From: Pseudomonadota bacterium
GTDB taxonomy: Bacteria; Myxococcota; JACRCW01; JAFGSX01
DNA: 64,000 nt
Assembly: GCA_043821645.1 (NCBI GenBank)
Contig: JBDRCO010000076.1
Coordinates: 64,001-128,000, forward strand
Reading direction: 5' to 3'
Shown here: one piece after another, positions 1-9,000 of the stretch
Position numbering within the stretch: position 1 is the first letter of the stretch
How the letters are laid out: each line of letters starts with the position of its first letter
Translations under genes and position numbers: made by a program
The notes under the pieces: generated by a model
Database searches by the model: none
The model's input: the letters and a program-made list of their open reading frames with translations, nothing else
What the model was told of the DNA's origin: nothing

Positions 1-3000
1 GTCGTCACCTCGGCGCCGGACCTGAGCAGCCTGAGCAAGAGCGTGCTGGATCCCAGCGGCGCGCCGGTGCGGCCAGGAGATGGACTCGACTACCGCATCG
101 TGGTCGAGAACCGCGGAGATGCGGACGCCGTGGCCGTCGAGATCCGCGATGCGATCGACTCCAGCCTCACCGTGACAGCCATAGGATCGGGTGGTCGCCA
201 GGTGGGCAACGAGTTGGTGTGGGACGCCAGCGCCGTGCCCGACTTCGCGCGCCTGGCCCCGGACAAGCGCATCACCTTGACCTTCAGCGCGCGGGTGGCG
301 AGCCCCCTCGACAACAACACGCGCATCGCCAACCAGGCCATCGCGCAGGTCACGGGACTTCCTGCGCCGGTGCTCTCTGACGATCCCGCGACGGCGGCGC
401 TGGACGATCCCACGGTGGTGTTCGTGGTCTCGGCCGCGGACCTGTCCAGCTCGACCAAGCAGGCGCTGGATCTCAATGGCCAGGTGCTGACCACCGCTCG
501 CCCGGGGGACACCCTGCTGTACCGCCTGACCGTGCGCAACAATGGCGACGCGGTGGCGCGCGACGTGGTGGTCAGCGACAGCATCGACGCGAATCTGACG
601 GTCGGTGCCATCAGCGATGGCGGTACCCTGTCCGGTGGCCAGATTCGCTGGACCTCGACGACGGTACCTGCCCTGGCTGCGCTGGCACCGGGGGGCCAGG
701 CCACACTGAGCTTCAACGTCGCGCTGCGCTCACCGCTGGACAATGGTCTGGTCATCGCGAACCAGGGCAGCATGCTGGTCGAGGGAGCCGTCAATCCCTT
801 CGTGACGGACGATCCGGCCACTGCCGAGCAGGGTGATTCCACGCGCCTCACGGTGGTGTCTGCGCCCGACCTCAGCGGTCTGCTCAAGACCTATGTCGAC
901 CTCAATGGCGGCGAGGTGGAGCCCGGTGATCGCATCCGCTACGAGATCGTGCTCATCAACAACGGCGACGCTCTGGCCCGCGAGGTGGTGGTTGAGGATC
1001 TGCTCGATGCCATCGCACTCACGGCCATTTCGGCGCCCCAGGGTCGGCTGGACAGCGGACGCGTGATCTTCGACGCCAGCACGCTGCCTGGTCTGTCGGC
1101 ACTGGGCGTGGGGAGCAGCAACGCCATCCGCCTCGGTATCGACGCCGAGGTGGTGTTCCCCCTGGCGGACGGTACCGTGGTCAGCAACCAGGCCACGGCC
1201 GTGGCGCGCGATGTGGTGGCGGTGGCGAGCGACGATCCCACCACCGCGGCGAGCGATGATCCCACGCGCTTCACCGTGCGCTCGGTTCCTCGCCTGGTCC
1301 TGCGCAAGACCTTGCTGTCGCCACCGTCGCGGGTGGCGCCACCAGGCGGCGAGGTGCGCTATCGGCTCGAGGTCGAGAACACGGGTACGGCTCCCGCGAC
1401 GCAGGTCGTGCTGGTGGATCCTTTCGCCGCCGAGCTTGGATTCGTGGCAGCGGACCAGGGCAGCTATGACTCCCTGAGCCGCACCTGGACCTTGAACCTG
1501 CCGACCCTGGATGCACGGAGCCCCCCGCTGTCCATCCAGCTCGATGCCCGGGTGCTCGACGACGTGGTGGACGGCACGGTGGTGTCCAATCAGGCACGCG
1601 TCCAGGCCCAGGGGCTCGGTGACGTGGCCTCGGACGACCCGCAGACCCCGGTTCCGTCGGATCCGACGCTCTTCAGCGTGCGCGCCATCGTGGACCTGGC
1701 GGGTTCGACCAAGACCGTGGTCGACGTCGACGGTGATGTGGTGAGGCCTGGCGATCTGCTGCGCTACACCATCACGGTCTTCAACCAGGGCAACACCGCG
1801 GCTCGGGACGTGACGGTGATCGATGCCCTGCCCGGACTGCTGGTGCCCGATGCGGCAGCCACTGGCCACATCGATGGCCAGCGCATCACCTGGGACGCGG
1901 CGAGCGACCCGAGGCTCGCGCGCGTGGCCGTGGGTGAACCGGTGGACCTGGTGTTCACCGCGCGGGTTGCCCGCGATGTCGCCGATGGCACGGTGCTGCC
2001 GAACCAGGCGCGACTGGGTGACGCCCGGGCGCCCGAGGCCTTCGTCACCGATGATCCGTCGACGCCAGCCCAGCTCGGCGACCCCACCCTGGTCACGGTG
2101 CATGCTCCCGCCCTGCACCTCGAGAAAACCGTGGTCGACGAGAATGGCGGAACGGTACGCCCCGGCGACGTGCTGAGCTATCGCCTGCGTGCGCGGAATA
2201 CTGGAAGCGTGGCCCTGCGTGGTCTCACGCTGACAGATCCGGTGCCCGAGGGCACGGCGGTCGAGGCCCTGGCCGACGGTGCCCAGCTGCAGGGTGGAGC
2301 GGTCTTGTGGACCCCGGCCAGCACGCCCCGCCTGGGCCAGATCGAGGCCGGAGCCACGGTGGAGGTCGGCTGGCGCGCCCGGGTCGATGCACGCGCTCTG
2401 GGCGGCCAGCAGATTCGCAACCAGGCCAGCAGCAGCTCGGACGATCTGATCGACGATCTGCTCTCAGACGATCCTGGCACGTCAGCCCCGGCGGACCCGA
2501 CGGTGGTCGAGGTCGATGCCCGGGTCGAGCTGAGTCAGAGCCAGAAGCGCGCCATCGATCCACCTCAACCCGTGGAGCCTGGCAGTGAGGTTCGCTTCGC
2601 CATCGAGGTTCGCAACAGCGGGACCCAGTACGCCTTCGACGTCGAGGTGCGCGATCGCATCGATCCCGCGTTCTGGGCCTCGGTGGTCGCGGAGGAGGGC
2701 GGTCGGCTCGAAGGTGACACCCTGGTGTGGCGAGCGAGCACCACACCGATCCTGGCCGAGCTGGCACCGGGACAGAGCGTGGAGCTGCACCTGGTCGCCA
2801 CCGTGGTGGATGTCATCGCCAACGGCGCTTACGTGGAAAACGCCGCCAGCCTGCACGAGCGTGGCGGTACAAGCTTCACCACACCACCGGCGCGATTGCA
2901 GGTGGTGTCCCTGCCTGGTCTGTCGGCATCGACCAAGACGGTTGAGGATCTCGGCGGTGGCGAGGTCGAGCCTGGCGATCTCCTGCGCTACCGCCTCACG

Positions 3001-6000
3001 GTCCGCAACGCTGGTGGCGAGATCGCGCGCGCCGTGGTGCTGCGCGACGCGCCACCCGCAGGCACGCGCTATGTGCCCGGGAGCACCACGGTCGAGGATC
3101 TGCCTGTCGTCGACACCGAGAACGTCAGCGCCCTGGTCTCGGGCTTGCCGCTGGGTGACCTTGCGCCTCGAACAGAACGCCGCGTGAGCTTCGCGGTGCG
3201 TGTGCTCAGCGATGTCCTGCGCGGCACCGTGCTGTCCAACCAGGGTTTCATCACCGCTCGCGACCTCGCCGAGGTGGGCACGGACGACCCGTCGACTCCG
3301 GGCATCATCGGCGATCCCACCCGGGTGGTGGTCGGTGGCGGACCGGTGCTGGTGGCGGTTCTGCAAGCGGCACCGCGTCTCGTCGAAGCGGGTGGGGTGT
3401 TTACCCTGGTGCTGGGGCTGGATAACGGCGGCAGCCAGGACGCCCGGCAGGTCCGCGTGGAGTTGCCGCTGGCCGAAGGTGCCAGCGTGGTGCCAGGCAG
3501 CCTGACCCTCGACGGGACACCCCTGAGCGACGCGGTCGACGGTGACCCGGGAGAGGTCCTGCCCGACCGGCTGGTGTTCACCCTGCCCGATATGGCGTCC
3601 TACGACAGCCATCGTTTCACGGCGCAGTTCGGCGCGACCGGGAGCGTGCCGGTGCTGCGCTACCAGGGTGTGGTGAGCGCGAGCAACGCGGGAGCGGCCA
3701 CCCACACCGACGGCGATCAAGGCACGCCCGGTGAGCAGCCCACGGTCGTGGTGGTGGGCGAGGCGCGAGCGGACCTGTCCGCGAGCCAGCTCGGTGGCAC
3801 CGATCTCAATGGTGGCCTGCTCGAACCTGGCGACGAGGTCCGGTACCTGATCATGGTCGCCAACAGTGGCTCGGCAGCGGCTCATCTGACCTCTCCCCAG
3901 GGACTGAACCAGTCCCTGTCGCCGTGGACCGCACTGATCGAAGGATCCATCGAGGGTTCGCTCCCGCTGGTCTTCGACACCGAACGCCAGCTCTTGACCC
4001 TGGCTCGGGGCGTGGACCTGCAACCCGGTGAGCGCCTGAGCGCCACGCTGCGCGTCCGGGTTCTCGATGAAGCTGTGGCTGGCACGGCCGTCGAGAGCAG
4101 TGCGGTGGTGCGCGGTGATGAGCTGGACCCGGTACCGCTCGGACCGCACCGACTGGTCGTGGGTGGTCTCCAGGGCACCGCGCGGCTGCGCGGGCGGGTC
4201 TACGAGGATATCGGCGGCGTGGTCGGGCGCTTCGACCGCAACGTCGACGCGCTGATGGATGGCTTCCAGGTCCAGCTGCGGCGGCCCGGGAGCAGTGCCA
4301 CCCTGGGGACCCAGGTCGCCGACGCCGAGGGTCAGTACCTGTTCGCGGCTGTGCCCGCGGGAGGCGTCGAGCTGGTCGTGCTCAGCGAGACCGGTGCCCT
4401 GTTCAAGACCCTCGGACTGCCGGCCCTGGCAGCGGACGGCGAGGTGGAGCAGGACCTGCTCATCGATCCCAGTGGCGTGATCTACGACGCCACCACGGGC
4501 GCGGCAGTCAGAGGCGCCCAGGTCTTCGTGTACGTCGAGGACGACGATTTTGATCCGGCCAATGATCGCCTGGCGGGCCCAGACAGGGTGGCACCGGAGC
4601 AGCAGGGTCAGCTCACAAACCCCGACGGTCTGTATCGCTTCGACGTGAGACCCGGGCGCTACCGGATGGAGATCGTTCCTGCGGGGACAGCCCAGGTGTT
4701 CCCCTCGATCCTGATCCCGCCCACCAACGACGACGATGGCGAGCACCCCTACGGCTCCTTCGCCATCACCGACGAGCAGCACCGCGTGGTGCCAGCCGCG
4801 CGTCCCGACCTCAGGGGCGATACGCACTACTACCTGCGTTTCGATATCACTGGCGTGGCCGACGAGGTCCTGCACAACCACGTGCCGCTGGACCCGCTGT
4901 CCTCGCACGTGAGTTTGGTCAAGAGTGCCAACCACAGGCGCCTGTCCATGGGCGACATCGTCACCTACAGCGTGCGCTACACCAACCGCTCGGACCTGGC
5001 CCTGAGTGTGGCCAGCGACGGTGGGGTCGCTGTGGTGGACGCCATCCCCAAGGGCTTCCGCTACCTCAAGGGCTCGTCTCGCCTCGAGCGCATCGAAGCC
5101 GCCGGCGATGGATCCCGGCGTCGGCGCACGCTGTCCTCGAGCGATCCCGCGGGACATCGTCTGCTGGTGTTTGGCCCGCATGACCTGGTTGCTCACGGCG
5201 AGTACCTGCTGCGCTACCAGCTGGTGGTGGCCCCCGACGCCGAGGTCGGCGACCACGAGAACGTGGCCGTGTTGCGCACCGCTGGAGGTCAGATCGATAT
5301 CTCCAACCGCTCGGTAGCCCGGGTTCAGGTGGTGCCGGATCCGGTGTTCGACCTGGGAACCGTGGTCGGCAAGGTCTACTGCGACGTCGACGGCGATGGC
5401 TTCCAGGACCCGGGTGAGGCGCCACTTGGCGGCGCGGTGGTCTACGTTGACGACGGACGGCATGCCGAGAGCGATCTCGGAGGCAAGTTCCATTTCAGTG
5501 GGCTCAAGCCCGGCAACCACCTGCTCAAGCTGGACTGGCGGACCCTGCCGCCGGGCTCCCAGTTGACCACGCCCGAGCGCGCCAGCCTGTATGTGACTCG
5601 CGGTCTGCCATCGAGGCTGTCCTTCGGCGTACGCTGCATGCTGGCCGAGCTGGGACCATCGAGCGTGACCCGCGCTGCAGCCGCGCCGGTCGAGGACGCA
5701 GGACCGCCGCCCGACGACAGGGTGTGGATCACCGTGAGCGGCGTGGCAACGCAGCGCCGTGTGGTGTTCGACAACGCCGAGCAGGCCGTGGTGCGGGTGG
5801 ACCTGGGTCTGGGACTGGGCAGTGACGAGCGCGAATTCGGCAATGTCGACGGACCCAACCCGAGTCAGATCGACCCGGTGAGCGGGCTCAATCCGCCGCT
5901 GCACTTTTATCCCCGGGTGGTCACCGCCATGCCCGTGAGTGGATGGCGCCTGGCGCTGCGGACGACCGCCGGTGACGAGCTTTATGCATTCAGCGGTGAC

Positions 6001-9000
6001 GGACTACCTCCCGAGGACATCTCTTGGGACGGCCGTGGTAGCGCCACGGGCTCCGTCCTGCTGCAACGCGGTGGCGAGTATCGCGCCCAGCTCATGGTGA
6101 CCGCGCTCAACGGGGACTGGGGTGCGTCGGTGCCGCGCAGCTTTGGCGTCGGGCTTGGCGAAAGCGCTCAGCTCGCCGAGGGCTCCCTGACCCGCCTCGA
6201 CGAGGTGGACGGCGCGCTCTTCGACCGCCGGGGCAAGCCCACAGCACGCCTGCGCAAGGCGCTCGAGGCCGTGATCCGGGAGCTCAAGTCGCAGCCCTCG
6301 CTGCGTGCCGTGGTCGAGGTGCATACCGACGACAAGGCCGGGGATCGTGCCCTGTCCTTGACCGGTGCCCAGGCCGAACGGGTGCGCGAACTGCTGGTGC
6401 AAAAGGGTGTCGCCGCCGAGCGCATCGAGATCCATGGTCGAGCGGATCAGCAGTTGCTGGTGCCCAACATGGGCAAGCGCAATCGGGCGCGCAATCGCCG
6501 GGTCGAGCTGCGCACCTTGGTGCCGGCCAGTCGCGGCGCTCCCGTGCCCCACCTGGAATACGAAGGCCAGGTGGTGGTCAACGGCGTTCGCGTCGAGGAG
6601 GTCGAGGCCTCCAGCGCCTTCCGGCACACGCTTCGCGTGGCAGTGGGCGACATCGTCGTGGTGGACCTGACCGCGCCCTCGGGTGGGCGGGTCGTGCTAG
6701 CCAGAACCTACACCGGCGAACCCTTCGCCGAAGGCCCTCCCGCCATCACCGGCGTGCAGGGTGTTCAGGTGCAAGGCAGTGTGGCAGCACGCAGCCTGCG
6801 CTTCGACGACAGCGAACGCGGCATGGCCCTGCTCGACCTGCGCATGACACCCTCCAACCCGGCCACTGGACTCGAGCTGGGCGTCGTCGATGGCCGCCTG
6901 GAGGAGCCCCTGCGCCTGGCCGTGCGCGTGCCCCAGGGGGCTGCGCTGTCGTCGTGGCGGCTGCGCGTGTTCCGGCCGGCGAGTGCCACCACCCTGCATT
7001 CGACAGCGGCGGGCGGTGATGGGAGCGGCGGTGACGCGCCGGTGGTGGACGTGGGCATCGACGGTGGACGTGGCGCAGGTTCTTCCCTGGGTGAGGCGGT
7101 GGATGCGGGGCCTGCGTGGCGCTCCGGGGCGATCCGGGCTTTCGCGGTACCGGACCAGGGAAGCGAGAGCGCACCACCGGATCCCGTGGGGGTGCTGGTG
7201 CGCGAGCTCACGGGAGAAGGGGCACCACCCGAACTCGTGGAGTGGGCAGGAACCAGCGACAGCGGGCAGCTCGTGCTTGGCCCGGGCTGGTACGGTGCAC
7301 GGATCGAACTCGAGTCCGTCGACGGTGACCGTGCGATGAGTGCACCGCTGTGGTTCAAGGTCCGCGGTGCAGCGGTCAGCGACACGGCGACCCTCAAGGA
7401 CCCCTTCCCGGGTGAACGCAAGCGCCTGTCTCCCCGCGACCAGCGCGTGCTGCGCTTGCTGGTGGCGACATACCGGGGACAGGCCGTGCGCTACCGCGTC
7501 AGCGCGCACACCGACGACAGTGTGCCGCGAGATCAGGCCGCGGATAGCACGCGCCAGTGGGCGGACTGGGTGGCGGCAGCCCTAGCCGCCGAGGGTGTGG
7601 CTGCGGACGCCATCCGCGTGGCTGGGCTGGGGAGCAGCGAGCCCCTGGTTCCCAACATCGGCTCCCGCAACAGGGCACGCAACCGCCGCGTCATGGTGCA
7701 GGTGATGGGCGAGGACATGACTGCGCCGCCCCCTGTGCTGCCCGCACGTCGCCAGCCGTGGATCGAGGTGAATGGTGTTGCCCTGAGCGCACCTCAGGGG
7801 AGCTTCACCACCACCAGCTACCCCACGCGAGACGGTGTGATCCGGGTGCGGGCGGTGCTCGCCGACCTGGGCGAGGCAACCTGGCTGTACCGGGCACCCG
7901 CCCCCGAGGTGAAGGCCGTTGTTCCGCTTTCCGTCGACGCAGGCAGTCGATCCGGTGAGGATGCCGCGGCCCTGCCCGCGCCCGCCCTGGTCGCGGTGCC
8001 GGGTCTCGATGACTTCACCCCCTTCGATCCGACCGTGCTCGGTGCGCCGGTGCTGGTGACCGCTTCCGCGCCCGACGGTGGTTTCCCTGAGGATGGAGGC
8101 GGTGGCCTGCCCATGGTGTTCGTCACCGCGCCAGGAGCGGTGACCGATCCGACGATGGCGGCCGCGGAGGATGGAGGTCCTGGACGCGTCGACGCCGCGG
8201 GCATCAAGGCCGCGGAGTTGAGGGTGGCCATGCCTGACGGAGTGCTGCTACGTACGGCGCGTTTTGCTCTGCGCGGCACCACGCATCCGGGCAACACGGT
8301 GCAGGTCAATGGCGTCGAGGTGGCGGTGGACCCAGACAGCGGCGCCTTCGACGCCCTGGTGGAACTCCCCGAGGGTCTTTCGGTGGTCAAGATCGAGGCT
8401 CACGATGGTGAGGGCAACAGCGCCCTGGTGCAGAAGCAGTACGAGGTCGACACCACGGGTCTGTTCTTGCTCGGTCTGGCCGATACCGCGGTGGCTGGAC
8501 GCGGTGCGGATCTCCCGGAGTGGTCCGGCACCAATCACGTCAAGGTCGGTGGGGTCGCTCTGTACGGCCGTGGCGCAGCCCTGCTCAAGGCCCACTGGAA
8601 AGGTGAGACCCTGTTCAAGGACTACCACCTGACGCTGCACCTCGACACCGCGCGCTGGAACGAGGACGCCTTTGCCCGCGAGTACATAGACCCCGAACTG
8701 TACTACCCGGTATACGGAGACAGCTCCACCGAGGTGGTCGACGCGGACGCACGTTACCCGCTCTATGCCGAACTCAAGGCTGACCACTCCGTGCTGCGCG
8801 TGGGTAACTTCCGCACCGCCATCAGCGGCGGCGACCTGTTCCGCTACGACCGCGCTCGGTACGGAATGGTGCTACATTTTGACGAGCCCCTGCTCGAGCG
8901 CGAGGGTCTCCCTCCGTGGCTCGACAATGATCTCACGGGTTACGTGGCCGGCGGCGACGCGCCCCGGCGCCACGCCCGGGTGGAGCTTCGGGGCACCGGG

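Noticed and set aside
2482-5904. 1140-aa minus-strand ORF within the giant gene
   Set aside because: Antisense shadow of a GC3-biased gene; no recognisable domain.
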